Shown here in pieces: positions 1 to 12,899 of a stretch of 64,000 bases of DNA (position 1 is the first letter of the stretch; each line of letters begins with the position of its first letter). The position numbers and the translations under genes are program-made. The DNA lies in assembly GCF_006345805.1 (NCBI RefSeq), contig NC_043005.1, positions 34,286,001 through 34,350,000 on the forward strand, read 5' to 3'. Source of the DNA: Octopus sinensis (Eukaryota). The notes below the pieces were generated by a model. The model saw nothing but the letters and a program-made list of their open reading frames with translations. It had not been told where the DNA came from and searched no databases.

Positions 1-20
1 TGGATGCTAAATGATGATGA

Positions 21-21
<1 letters not shown>

Positions 22-73
<52 letters not shown>

Positions 74-106
74 TTCTGTATGTGTGTGTGTGTGTGTGTG
101 TGTACA
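22..106. repeat. Compound (TA)n(CA)n...(TG)n microsatellite
   Basis: Directly visible dinucleotide runs. Confidence 0.95.
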
Positions 107-699
107 TACTGTATGCAGTATGGCCTTTCTGTTAGTAAAAAGAGCTTAGTAATGTGATGGCATTCTGCTAACAAGTTAGCATAATTTGCATTGTGTAATT
201 TTTAAATTCAGTGAACTTGATTTTCTATGACATTTTAGTCACCTAAGATTTGTTTGCAATACAATGATTCAGAATTAAAAAAAACATTGATCAGATGTAA
301 ACTATTTCTGTCATATTAACATTTCTAGAGATTCATCATTTAACTTTTGATGTAGTTCATTTTAAGATGTGTGCACATGTTGTCTATAATTGTTGAATAT
401 TAGAATATAAAATTGTAAAAAAAAATATTCTGATGTTAAAAAGTGTTAACTGGCCAGACATGGGATGTAAGCCAGAAAATGGTGCAATGCTAGTTAAAAA
501 CATATAGTAAGCATTTTATGAACTAAACATTCTTCTATGAATATTTTGATAGATCTCTCTCTCTCTTTTTCTCTCATGTTTACATATATGAATTATCATC
601 ATCATCTTAAAAACTACTTTTCCCTGCTTGCTCCCTTCATGAAATTTTCTATTACTGGATGCCCATCATGACACCAATACACATGTGTTTCCCAGCAAG

Positions 700-2230
700 G
701 TAATTATCTCCACAATGAATTGAAAGGTGATCAGTCTATTTCTGCATATGTGGATGATGCCACCATCACTGTATCTGATGAAACTCAGCTACCTTGTGTA
801 GAGGATGCAATCAAAGGATACAAGGTGGTGGGACGGGCAAAAATTAACAAGGACGAGTCCATCGGCTCAGCACCTGGAGTGGCAAGATGATACTGTCCAG
901 TGTCCCACGACACTGGATGGAAGGTCCTGTTAAGTTGCTTGGAGTCTGGTTTGGACCAGATTCCTAGACGGAGAAGAACTGGAGTGAGGTGGCGACCCTA
1001 ATCCAGACCTGGTCTGGAAGGACACTATCCTTGAAGGGGAGGGCAGAGGTGGTGCAAGTGTATATTGCATCTGTTATCACCTACCATCTGACTGTTGTCC
1101 CTTGCTCTGATTCATGGCTAAACAAGTTGGAACGCTTTCTCCTCTGCTTTTTGTGGAGGGAAGGAAAACTGCTTGTGAGGCACTCTGCTGCCAAAAACCA
1201 CTAAAGGGTGGGCTAGGCATGCCATGTCTGATGATGCGCAAACATGCACTGAGACTGAGGCACCTCTGGCTCTACTTGGAGGGTGACCAGGTGTGGAATA
1301 CGCTGGTGGAGACATTCTTTCTGCGATGGGCCTCTTTGGAGGAATTCAAACCCAATTTCATAAAAAGACAGAACTTGACTGAATGGCAAAAAGAGTGTCA
1401 ATGGGCACTTGTGCTAATCCACAAGGTGAGCAAAGCCGGTAGCGGGAGTACCACCTTGATACTCTATAGCAGGCTGGTAGAGTTCAAGAGGAATAACATC
1501 CTAGGAGAAGCTCTGGGGCTCGATGAGGCTAGCTAGCCAACCTGTTTCAAAGAACTTTCAGGTCAGGGTACCTGGATAACTACCAGAAATCCCTGACCTG
1601 GCAGTGCTATAGGAGTGCTTTATCTGTTCATGATAAACTGTCTAGGTATGGGATGTCTGTGCCACCATGCCCAAGGTGCAGGCAGGATGATGAAATTGTT
1701 CTGCATGCCCTTGTACAGTGCCCGGAGCTTTTGGGCTTGATAGTTTATGCAGAACACATGCTGTCGCATCTAGGAAGAGTACAGCTATTGGCTGAGTGCA
1801 TGATTAAGATTGCACCTCTACCCAGACTATCAAAGGAAGTTGAGACATGTATTGAAAGAAGTCGCAATGGGAACATTCATCTCCAGCCCTGGTTTGCTAT
1901 ATTACTTCAGATATCATCTGAAGAGCAAGATAGGGCTGGAGAAAAGACACCTGTCACAAAGTGTATATGGAAAAAGATGGAAGGATGTGGTAAGGAAGTT
2001 TGGAGTGAATGGCCCTATGTAATATCATCCATAGTAAAGGAGTATGGTGCTGCTGGTTTTCTTCATGGCCAAGGTGTAAAATTTTAAGTGTATCTAATTT
2101 ATAATTGTATCTAATATAAATCATCATATTTTTAAAATCTCATTAAAACGAACTCATAAACACTATTTGTTTGTAATGTCCTGTATTGTCCCCTCTATGT
2201 ATTGATATTGTATTATCATAATAAAGAATA
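700..2230 (+). mobile_element. 5'-truncated Tx1/L1-clade LINE: decayed ORF2 3' half (RT end, zinc finger) plus 3' UTR
   Basis: SAYVDDATITVS (RT YxDD) at ~741-776; AKINKDES; KLLGVWFG; WSGRTLSLKGRAEVV; KGGLG; CPRC..DEIVLHALVQCP; frameshifts and stops; AATAAA at 2220-2225. 5' boundary approximate. Confidence 0.85.
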
Positions 2231-2659
2231 CATCTCTACCAGATGAGGTGTCCAGTACTGAAGAGAAGTAGAAATAGCCTGAAACCAGACCGGTTCCATC
2301 ACTAGAAGGTGGTAGGGGTTTGTTCACAGTATATCGGATACAGCTGTGTATTGTTAACCAGCTAGAGGAGATGTTCTCTTGGGGTTACAAAATCACAGTA
2401 AATTCCGCTGGAATGGAACAGCCATGTTGAAGTGGCTATGAACATTACTTACTAGTACAACTGCTGTGATCATCTCTTAAAGAGATTTTAGAATTAGATT
2501 TTTAGCTTTTATATATTATTTTATTTTTATTTTATCTTTATCTAGTTTCAGCTCACAAGCTGTGGCCATGTGTATATATATATTTATTATACTTTTACAA
2601 GATGAAGGGTGGCAATAACTTTGAAGTTTCAACCTGGTAGTCTTTGTCAACCTACAATG

Positions 2660-2705
2660 GACAGTCTGATGAAAGCTGTCAGGATGAAACTTCAAAGTCA
2701 CTGTC
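2660..2705 (+). ncRNA. Type I hammerhead ribozyme motif with degenerate stem II
   Basis: gacagt-CTGATGA-aagctgtcaggat-GAAA-ct(tcaa)ag-TC-actgtc: 6-bp stem I, 3-bp stem III, GUC site. Confidence 0.55.
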
Positions 2706-2774
2706 ATTGGTCCTCTTGTACAAGTTTGATAAATATGTACTCTACAAAAAGTATTGAATAATTCATCAGTTTAA

Positions 2775-2996
2775 TATTGGTTTCAAATTTTGACACAAAG
2801 CCAGCAATTTCAGGGGAGGGGAGAAGTTGTTTATGTCAACCCCCATGTTCAACTAGTACTTATTTTATCGACCCTGAAAGGATGAAAGGCAAAGTCGACC
2901 TTGGCGGAATTTGAACTCAGTATGTAAAGACAGACAAGATGTCATTAAGCATTTTGTGTTGCATGCTAATGATTCTGCCAGCTTGCTGCCTTGCCT
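2775..2996 (-). mobile_element. tRNA-derived SINE (family 1)
   Basis: Minus strand has A-box-like TGGCAGAATCATT and B-box GAGTTCAAATTC; similar copies elsewhere in the window. Confidence 0.8.
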
Positions 2997-3107
2997 TCAA
3001 TTTAATATTAAATTGATTTTATTATAATTTGACATAAAAACAAACATTGCATCTTGTCACAGGGTGCTGTCCTTGTCTCTTCCCTCTTTATTGTCATTTT
3101 GTTAAAT

Positions 3108-3108
3108 A

Positions 3109-3152
<44 letters not shown>

Positions 3153-3612
3153 TACAGGCACTCATGCCACATATACACTCATATATAGACAAATACACAC
3201 ACACACACACATACACACATATATAGGCTGCAGTCAAATGACCGAAACAAGTAAAAGAATGTGTGTGTGTGTGTATCATTTAACTCCTGTCTGCATGCTA
3301 GCTTGGGTTTGAGGATGACATAATACTCCAATGTTTTAGTTTTTGGCATGGTTTCTATGGCTGAATGTCTTTCATTATGTCAATCACTTTAAAAGTGTAC
3401 TGAGTGCTATTTTTGTGACACCAGTATTCATGAAATTGCCATTTATAAATATATATATGTTTAAATATATACATATGTCTGTATGTATGTGCATGTATAT
3501 ACATGTGCATATATTTGTAAATATGTGTATATGTATATGCGTATTTGTATAAGTATGCATATCTATATGTGTATATCGGTATAAATATATGTACACGTAT
3601 ATCATATACATA
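3108..3612. repeat. (TA)n/(CA)n/(TG)n microsatellite and low-complexity cluster with a short SINE fragment
   Basis: Visible runs; gtcaaatgaccgaaacaagtaaaag matches the reverse of the SINE segment near 45715. Confidence 0.85.
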
Positions 3613-6514
3613 TAAAAAGTAGTCCATAAATAACCATCATTGATGATGGCTTAAGTGGATAAAATTTTGAAGTCACTGTCAACAACGTTCTTGTATAAGA
3701 ATAAGAAATTTGTAGTCTACAAAAGTATAGAATATGATTAATGTAAAATTGTTTTTATTATAACAACATAAAAACAAACATTATGACAGACACACCTGCA
3801 CGTGCATGTGCAAACTACATATTTTGAAAGTTATATTAAGCAGAAAATATTGAAATTTTTTTTTTTATAAAAATAGAAATCAAATATATTTATTGCGTTT
3901 TTCGTTTAATACTTGTTGAACTGGTTACTGGTAATTCTGTGGCTGCTACAAGTATCAATGTTTTGCACTAATAATCTGCAATTGTTAGAAATTGTGAACA
4001 TGTATACTTTTGCAGGGTCTTAATATATATATTTTATGTGCTTATATTGATAGTACTTCACTTAGCTGAATATGTGTGACTGATATAAATGTTTGTGCCT
4101 AACATTCTACATTACTCAAATGTTTATGTATTTAGACCTACGACTGCATTTTTAACACCTGTATTTTCCATTCTCATTCATTACATTAGCATCTATTATA
4201 GAAGTCATTGATTTTTTTGCACTTAATCATCCAAGAGCATTTTTGTGTATAGCTAAAGCAGCCAGTTTATTAAAATGGATCAGTAAATGAGAAGCCTTTC
4301 AAAATAGATATATTTAGTAGATACACTGCAATTTAAGTATTCCTTTCTTAGTTTTATTTCTTTTAAAGTTTGGTTGTAGATTTACTGTTACTTATATATT
4401 ATTGTGTTGTTTTATTGATCTTAGCATTGTGAAGGTTGAATCCATAATATTTTGAGTCCACTGACCTCAGTGTTTTTTATAGGTAATATATGTTAATATG
4501 TGAAAGGAAGTTTTGAACAGATATTTTTTCTATGAATCATAATTAATGTATGTTACTGTTCTGGTATATTGGGAAAATAATTTCAATTGCTGCATAGATT
4601 CATTACATTAAGTATTGAAAAGTGCTGTAAATGATTTTAGTGTAACAAAAACTAACCCTTTTTTATGTATAATATTGTAAATCTCAGACTTGGAAGTCAT
4701 TTAACAGTAACAATAGTGTCAAGCATTTTCAACATTAGAAAAATAATAATGTAAGTGGATAGAAACAATTGCACTTTTAATACTATAATTTTAACTTAGA
4801 GAAGTTTATTTTATAGTTGTTGGAAGGGTTTAAGGTTTCTATAAAACGTTTGCTGTCATTGCATATAAATTTGTATATATTTACTGTAGAAAGAATGAGA
4901 ACTCAATTGAGAAGAAGACGTCAGTAAAGAAATAATACGATTTTCTTTATTATTGAAACTGCTTAATCACATTGATAAAAAGGTGTTGGATTACTGCAAA
5001 TCCACAGCTAATTATATTCAATAAAGATAAGTACAAGCAAGTATATAGCAGGTGAAAAAGAATTAGTCCCAAAAATGTAATTTGCCAATAGAACCACATT
5101 TGGAAATAATATACAGGTATTCAGAAAAGCATAAATGTTCATTGCTTGTTCAATATCTAAAGAATAAATCTGTGTTTAAATAGAATATAGTTCAAATAAT
5201 GTCTTTAGCAAATACCTACAGGATCAGGTTAACAACTTGTTAACCTACTACTGTTAAGAAATATAAGAGGTTGAGACAGTGGAAAGAATTGCTTTTTTGT
5301 CTAAAGTGGATCCATTCAAACATGCAAATTTTGAATTTATTACAGAAATCTTTATTTTATACAATTTTTATTTTGTTTATGTTACTCAAAAATATAGAGT
5401 GATGATTGGCTAAAATTGTGTTTAGTGAGTGACCTTCATTGGGGTTATTTTGCTTGTGAGGCTGCCAACTCGCGCCAAATTCAATGCTGTGTATGTGACA
5501 TGTGAGTGTATTAAAATGGCTGGTATGTGCAGCAACAGAAATAGATTGATTAAATCATGTATGTGTGAGACACATTGATGAGTAAGTCTGAGCTGAAAAA
5601 CAGCTAATTTTTTTGTATCTGTGTGTTGGATCAAACTAGCATCCACTTCATACATCTGTATAATTAAGATGGTAACATATACTCTAATTTTTCTGAAATA
5701 GAAAATTGATGCTAAAGAGAATTGAGAACAAGAATATTTAGAAATTTTTCATTGATTATGGAAATAGTATTTTTCATTAATTCTATAACAAACTTCAAAT
5801 TTATGGATCTAAAAATAATAATTCTACAAACACAAATATTTCTTTTGTTTCATTTATAAAACTTGTGGCAAATGCAAATTAACTTCATTAATTTTGACAA
5901 TGTTATTAAGAAAATGTTGCTGTAATTATTTTTCTCCCATCAACCATTTATGCAAGGTATATTCTTTTTAATATTCATATTCTCAAAATTATATTTTATT
6001 TAAATTAGGTATATCATTTTAAAATTAAGTGTCTTGGTATTTAGATTACATTTTTGGTTCAGTGCATTATGGTTCTAATTTATCCCAAATTTACAAATGA
6101 AGCTAGAACAGCTAGAGCATTTATTGATAAATAGGAAACAACAGCTTTCAATGTTAGCAAATATTCAATGAGCTGTATTTGGTTACTGTGGAAACCAAGT
6201 GACAACAAGCATGCTCATTGCAGTCTATTTCTAACCCTGTCCTTTATATAATCCATACTCATTCAGTTTTATTGACAGACAGGTCTACTCTTCTAATGAA
6301 ATGATATTACAATAAAAATACTGATGATTGAAAATTATTTATTAATTACTGTATGCATATACATCTAAAGAAATAATATATATATATATGCATGTGTGTG
6401 TGCCTTTTTATATATTTGAGAATATGTTTATGTATATGTATGTGTACACACACACACACATACATATCTATGTATTAATATGGATACATATTCTTGTGTC
6501 TGTATACATATTTA

Positions 6515-7380
6515 TATCATCATCATCATTATCATTTAATGTCCATTGTCCATGCTAGCATGGGATGGATGGTTTGACCAGGGCTGGTAAGCTGAGGGGC
6601 TGCACCAGACTCTAGTCTGATTTGGTATGGTTTCTACTGCTGGATGTCCTTCCTAACACCAACCATTCCAAGTGTGTAATGGATGCTTTACGTACCACCA
6701 GCATGGGTATCAGTTTGCATGAGACCAATATCTGCTACAACTACGATTTCACTTGGCTTGATGGGTCTTCTTCTCAAGCACATCATTTGTCATTGCCTCC
6801 ATAAGGCCCAGTATACGGAAGGTGTTTTTTATGTGCCACAAGCACAGGTGCTAGTTACATAACACCAACATCAATCACATTGCTTCTGTGAAGCTCAACA
6901 CTCAAAAGGTGCTTTTTACATGCCACAGGCACAAGTGCCAGTTACATGACACCAACAACAACCACAACTATGATTTCACCTGGTTTGGCACATCTTCTCA
7001 AGCACAGCACATTACCAAAGGCCTCGCTCACTAATCATTGCTTCTATGAAGCCTAACATTTGAAGATCATGCTTCACCATCTTGTCCCATGTCTTCCTGG
7101 GTCTCCCTCTTCCACAGCTTCCTTCCACTGGTGGAGATCGGAACTTCTTCACATAACTGTCCACATCCATACACATCATATGACTGTACCAACACAGTTA
7201 TCACTTTTGTACACCATATCTAATACCTCTTATGCTCAGCTTTTATCTCAAGACGCTTATACTCTGTTGTACATGCACACTGACATTACATATCCAGCAA
7301 AAGCATACTAGCATCATTTCTTTCAAGTCTATGCATGTCCTTGGTAGTCACAGCCCATGTTTCACTGCCATATAACATGG
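6515..7380 (-). mobile_element. RTE-clade LINE 3' fragment with (GAT)n tail
   Basis: Colinear with 43443-44460 (which carries RTE ORF motifs); (ATC)n tail at 6515-6536. Confidence 0.8.
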
Positions 7381-7383
7381 CTG

Positions 7384-7417
<34 letters not shown>

Positions 7418-7421
<4 letters not shown>

Positions 7422-8300
7422 GTGGTATCAAAATGCTTCTGGACTAGTTCTATAGCATGTCAGCAGATGGCAACATACAACTGCATGTGCATTGAGAGCT
7501 AGAAGTGACTTCATGAGGCAGTGTGGTAAGTGACATCACTGTGTTCACTTCGGAGTTTGTGAAATTTGTGCTTTTATGATCACGTGTAAGCTGCAGTTTG
7601 TGATTTTGTCATGGACAGGAACAAAGAGCCAACAAATTTTCCATTAAACTTGGGAACTTGCATTAAACTTGCTACAGAGACATTGAGCAGTCTTTGGCAA
7701 GTCTACAGTGATGAGGCAATGGATTGTATACAATGTTTTGACTGCTACAGGTGTTTCAAAAGCAGAACATTCCTGGAAGACGATGAGCAATATGGAAGAC
7801 CTGCCACAAACGTCATCCCTGAAAATGTGATATTGTGCATTGAGAATTCATCCCCCAGGGCCAGACTATCAATCAAGAGTTCTACTGCAATGTTTGTTTT
7901 AAAGCATTTGAGAGAGGACATTCAGTAAAAGAAACCAGATCTGTGGAGCACAAAGAATTGAATTCTCCACTGAGCTCTCTTCACTTGTGAGTTTCTTGCC
8001 AGAAACAACATGGTGACCAGATTTAGCACCAGCAGACTTCCATCTCTTTCCCAAAATGAAAATGCAGCTCAAAGGTCTCCATTTTAACACCGTTGTTGAG
8101 ATCCAGAGTGAATTGCAGAAGGCCCTCAACTTGCTTACAGAAAATGACTTCCAGGCTGGATTCCAAATGTGGCAGGAACTCTGGGATTGGTGTATTGCTG
8201 CACAAGGTGACTATTTCAAAGGAGATGATGTTAAAACTTAAGTAAATAAGTTATTTTTTATTAAACATAACTAGTTCAGGAACTTTTTGATACCACTTCA
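7418..8300 (+). mobile_element. Internally deleted mariner transposon
   Basis: TIRs TGAGGTGGTATCAAAA / TTTTGATACCACTTCA, each flanked by TA; remnants FLEDDEQYGRP (HTH end) and PDLAPADFHLFPKMKMQLKG...WCIAAQGDYF; catalytic middle missing. Confidence 0.9.
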
Positions 8301-8339
8301 TATGTGTGTATGTGTGTGTAAAATTAGAGAAGAAATTCA

Positions 8340-8900
8340 TTCTAAGCATGGACACAAAGCCTGGACTTGAGTGACTTTAGGAAACTTACCAAAGATTAAG
8401 GTGGTAGTAAACAGGAAAAGAGACAGGACCTTAGTATCATCAAGAGAATAAGTTTATTTAATATGCAGAAAAAGAATAAGTAGGAATACCATACACTGTA
8501 ATCAGTGTAAGCTATGGATGCTCAAGAGTTGTAGTGAAATCATATGTATTGGAAAAAGTTTAGGGAGCTATTAATTTTGTTGGGTATGGAAGACTTTTCC
8601 CTCAGAGTAGAGGGCAGATTGTATGATGCTTGTGTTATAACAACAATATTGCATGGTATTAAGTTGTAAACCTTGAATACACAAGACTTGCAAAGGTTAA
8701 TAAAATTGCTTCAGTGAGTGTATAATGTTAGTGTGCATGAACACCAGAATACTAATGATTTGAGATAAAAATTAGTTAATCATATGTAGTGTGCAAGATA
8801 GAAGACTGTTGGTATGGAGGATTACTGCAGTATAGAGAAGTACCAAGAGCTTCAAATTAATGGAATCTTTGAAAGACTTGAGATGGTGAAGTGATGAAGG
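8340..8900 (+). mobile_element. Degenerate RTE LINE internal fragment
   Basis: SRNTIHCNQCKLWMLKSCSEI resembles RNSIRCTRCKLWTHKRCSNI of the RTE at ~44760-44830 (-). Confidence 0.6.
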
Positions 8901-9359
8901 CTGATCTGAAAATGTTGAATCTCATGGAGGAGATGATAAAAGACTGTACTGATTGACAATCAGTGCTGTGGAAGACCTGACCACCAGCTGGGAAATATAC
9001 CTTAACACGAGAGTATATCAGTACTTACCATTCCTTCAAAATGATAAGTGAGTGGAACAATTTCTCTTGTGCTGAAATTGCAAAATGCATTCAGTGTACA
9101 AGTAAGGTGGCTGAGCAGAGAATGCATAGGGTTCTAAGGTCTCTTTATTCATCCTCTCCCGAGTTGGTACTGCGAAAAAATGTTCCCTGTCCACTCTGTA
9201 AAGTAGTTAGTTATAGACCTGTCCAATTTATGCCATCATGGAAAGTGGATGTAAAAACGATGATGATGCATATACATGTGTGTGTATGCATGTGTGTGCT
9301 AGTGTGCATGCATCTATAATACTGTTCAGCTACAATCTCATCTACTTATTGTAACACTT

Positions 9360-9960
9360 AACTATGGAACAAAATTGAAGAGTCTATCATGCAATGTTTT
9401 ATTTGTAAGTCTATTGACTGATAAACTATACTTAATGTTGTCAAAAACTTAACATTAGGCTGCACTTTAAAAAAGTTTGCATTTTTCACAACAAGTCTTT
9501 ATCTTATCAAAATATTTAAAAATATATTTTATTATGCAAATGTAGCCATTCTTGCATTGTGCAACCTCAGAAAGAAACAGTAAAATACACTAAATATCAC
9601 TGTGGTTACTCCTCTATATTGTAGGAGGAACAACTGCATTGCCTAGCCATGCAATTTAGTCCATGTCATGTTAAATGTCTGAAGATGTAGATTATTCATA
9701 ACAAGGTTGGTTCAGCAAGTACTCTGTTTAAGGGAGCTGCTTGCTCCTCTTGTATTGTTGAACATAATCATTTTTGTTTTCTTCTCTTATTAGGTACCAG
9801 CGACAGTCTGTCATCATATTTGTATTCATCTGTCCCTGCTAGCTTTTTTCTGTATTTTGTTATGGCATTGTGTAAATACTTTCCTTGTTCTTCATTAACA
9901 ACCCTTAAATTAACAGGGAAGTAATCTAGATGACTATGGAGGAAATGCACTTTATTTACT
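9360..9960 (-). mobile_element. DNA transposon 3' remnant, probably Chapaev/CMC-type
   Basis: MHFLHSHLDYFPVNLRVVNEEQGKYLH resembles a HFLHSHLDFFPENLGAVSDEQGERFHQD-type transposase C-terminus; superfamily assignment from memory, not searched. Confidence 0.55.
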
Positions 9961-10544
9961 TACATTACATTCTCTCTTGTGAATAGAGAAAAATAAATTT
10001 GTCAATAGATCTATTTATGGATTTGTTGTCAAAAAAAAAAAATGAAATAAAATTCCCACAACTTTCGTGGAAGCTGCTCTGGTATTTTTTTTTTGATAGG
10101 TTTAAAAAACCCATAAATAGTTCATTTTTACATAATTTTTCTTTCTTAGAGCATCAAAGATACTTGCCTTCAATTTTTTTTTATTTAAAGCAGGATAGAT
10201 CGCAATTTGAACAGGTCTTTTCCTAATAGGTATTGAGTTAGAGTTATCATTTATACTAAACTGACAGTGAGGCCAAAAGCCTTATAAATTCAAACAAATA
10301 CATAAGAGATTTGGCGATTGGCTTTAGTTGTTGAACAACGTTGTCATCAGCATATTGTAATTCACAGATCCTTGCCTTTGTTAATCTTTCCTCTGTCACT
10401 CTGTCACATCAATAAATCAATTCCTCTCATCATACACCCTCCTTCATGACAACCAATCAGTTCTGCTCAGTGCCATGACTTCCCCCAACACCCCATCTCA
10501 TGTCATCACTCTCTTTCCTTTTTTTTTTTTGATGGTTACAAGGC

Positions 10545-10865
10545 AACCTCACTAGTGCTGGTGACATGAAAAAAGCACCCAGTAAACTGTAAAATTGTCA
10601 GCAAAATGAGTAGAGACAACAGGGGTTTGAGAGGAGTCTTTGGTCTTGCTAAAGGCAAAAGAATAGTGCTGGTGGCACAAAAAAAAAATGCACTCTACAC
10701 TCTGTAAAGTGGTTGGTGTTATGAAGGACGTCCAGCCATAGAAATCAAGCCAAAACTGGGACATTGGGACAAGATGTGGCTCTTTGACTTGTCAGATCCT
10801 GTCAAACCACTCCATCCATACCAGTATGTAAAACAAATGTAAAATGATGAAGGTGATAATGATGA
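10545..10865 (+). mobile_element. RTE LINE 3' UTR/tail copy
   Basis: cacactctgtaaagtggttgg...gccatagaaa...(GAT)n-like tail shared with other copies. Confidence 0.75.
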
Positions 10866-11251
10866 GATCATAGTCATAGAGCTAATGCATTTTACTTTCA
10901 GCAGTCAATCTGTACAGAAACAAATGCTTCCAGATCTTAAAAACTTTTCATAAGGAGTTTATTTCCTTTACAAGCTTTCTTAGCTAAAAATTTCCAGTTG
11001 ACATTTTCTCTTTCTTAAGAACCTGTACTAGATTCTTCCTTTTTTAGGGGGTTAATTTCCGAAGTAAGCCTACTACCTTTCATTATTATGTAGCAACTAT
11101 GTGGTTGTTGCATGAGGCTTTTGTCATCATCAAGAAGTCTTATAGATTCTGCTTTAATTTTAAATGAATAGAAAGGTTTTTAAATGAATAGAAATGGTTG
11201 GAGAATGACAAAAATGCATTTCTAGTTTATGATAGACAAAAACTGATATTA

Positions 11252-12503
11252 TCAGGTCATTCCATAAGTTCTGTCCAATTTTACCTTTTTTTAAAATTCA
11301 ATGAAATTTAATAGTATTTTAGAATGTCTAATGGAATTAAAAATTATTTTACAGAATAATAGAATTGAAATTTCTTTGATTAAAACCCTTTCTAACATGG
11401 AAGTATCCAAAGAGCATTTGAGGCACATAATGCTTTATGAGTACAAAAAAGGAAACTCTGCAGCCGAAGCAACTCGAAACATACACTCAGTTTATGGGAA
11501 AGAATGCTTGAATGAAAGAACTTGCAGAAGATGGTTTGCAAAATTCAGAAGTGGAGATTTCAGCCTTGAAGATGAAGATCGAACAGGACGTCCGGTTGAG
11601 TTTGATGATAAGCTCCTTGAGGCATTACTTGAAGAAAATCTTGCATTATCAGTTGAAGAATTGGCAATAAAGCTTAGTTCAAACCATACAACTGTTCATT
11701 GTTATCTTCAGCAACTTGGAAAGGTTCCTAAACTTGGAAAACAGGTGCCTCATGAATTGTCCAAAAGTAACTGCAAATCCTGAGTTGACATCTGCTCTTC
11801 TCTCCATTCTCACAAACTCATTTTACCCTTTTTGGATAGACTTGTGACTGGTGATGAAATATGGATCTTCTATCAAAATGTTAAATGTCATAAAAAGTGG
11901 CTTGGTAAAAGGGAAAAAGCTCAACCACAACCGAGAAGGGAACTTCATGGGAAAAAGGTTCTTTTCTCTATCTAGTGGGATTGCAAAGGAGTAATTTGCT
12001 TTGAATTGTTACCACCTAATGCAACAATCAATGATCAAGTCTACTGTTAGCAATTAGAGCATTTGAACCAAGCTTTGAAGAAAAAAAGACCTGCTTTAGT
12101 GAATCAAAAAGAAGTGATCTTTTATCAGAAAATGTGCGACCCCGCACCACAAAAATCACATCACAGAAGATCAAAGAGCTTGGTTGGGAAAAAACTCCTC
12201 ATCCACCTTAATCTCCTAACCTTGCTCTTTCAGACTACTTACTATTTGTTTCATAGTTTACAGAATCATTTGGGGGACATAACTTTCGCAAGCCAGGAGG
12301 AGGTCAAAACTGACATTTCAGAGTTCTTCGCTTTGAAAGCAAAAGAGTTTTACATTGATGGGATTAAAAAGCTTGTAAATAGATGGAAGGAAGTCATAGA
12401 TAATCAGGGAAAGTACATTGTTGATTAAATTTCAGTTAAATATAACATTTGATCACTTGTTTTCATTATTCAAAATTCAGACAGAACTTATGGGATGACC
12501 TAA
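11252..12503 (+). mobile_element. Full-length mariner (DD34D-type) transposon, inactive
   Basis: TIRs TCAGGTCATTCCATAAGTTCTGTC / GACAGAACTTATGGGATGACCTAA with TA duplications; 1252 bp. Confidence 0.95.
11397..12428 (+). pseudogene. Mariner transposase pseudogene
   Basis: MEVSKEHLRHIMLYEY..., QVPHEL (WVPHEL-like), LVTGDEIWIFY, SPNLA..SDY; stop at 11781-11783, further stops and frameshifts. Confidence 0.9.
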
Positions 12504-12899
12504 TATATTTCAATTTGAAATTCACCTAAAGCTACCTTTACTTTCAAAAATAGTAAAATTATTGCTGACCAATGACCAGGAATAATATATATATATAATT
12601 ATATATATGTATTATGCCAAAGACAATTGACAGGAAATAAATATTTCAAATTAAGTGCAGTACATATATTATTGATATATGCTTTAGAATCCGCGGCTCA
12701 TTTGTGTAGTTACTGTACTTTGTTTTCAAGGACTGTGGATTCAAATCTTGCAATATGCACTTTTCTCTCATAGGAAAATACAGTCAGCATAATAAAAATT
12801 ATTAATGTATTAGTGATATAGTTGTATTATAGTAGAGTATTATTGAAGATTATGTCTTCAATTTTGTTCTGTGGTTAAGCTTGTTTAAATTATTTACTA

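Noticed and set aside
3094-3627. Overlapping 60-90 aa ORFs
   Set aside because: Microsatellite and low-complexity artefacts
5226-5246. 10-bp inverted repeat with 1-nt spacer
   Set aside because: Short and AT-rich; plausible by chance
5470-5479. Canonical E2F site (TTTGGCGCGA on minus strand)
   Set aside because: Single motif with no CpG island or other promoter evidence
12690-12755. tRNA-like B-box (ggattcaaatcttgc)
   Set aside because: No cloverleaf; at most a SINE relic. No true tRNA, rRNA or snRNA genes were recognised in the window
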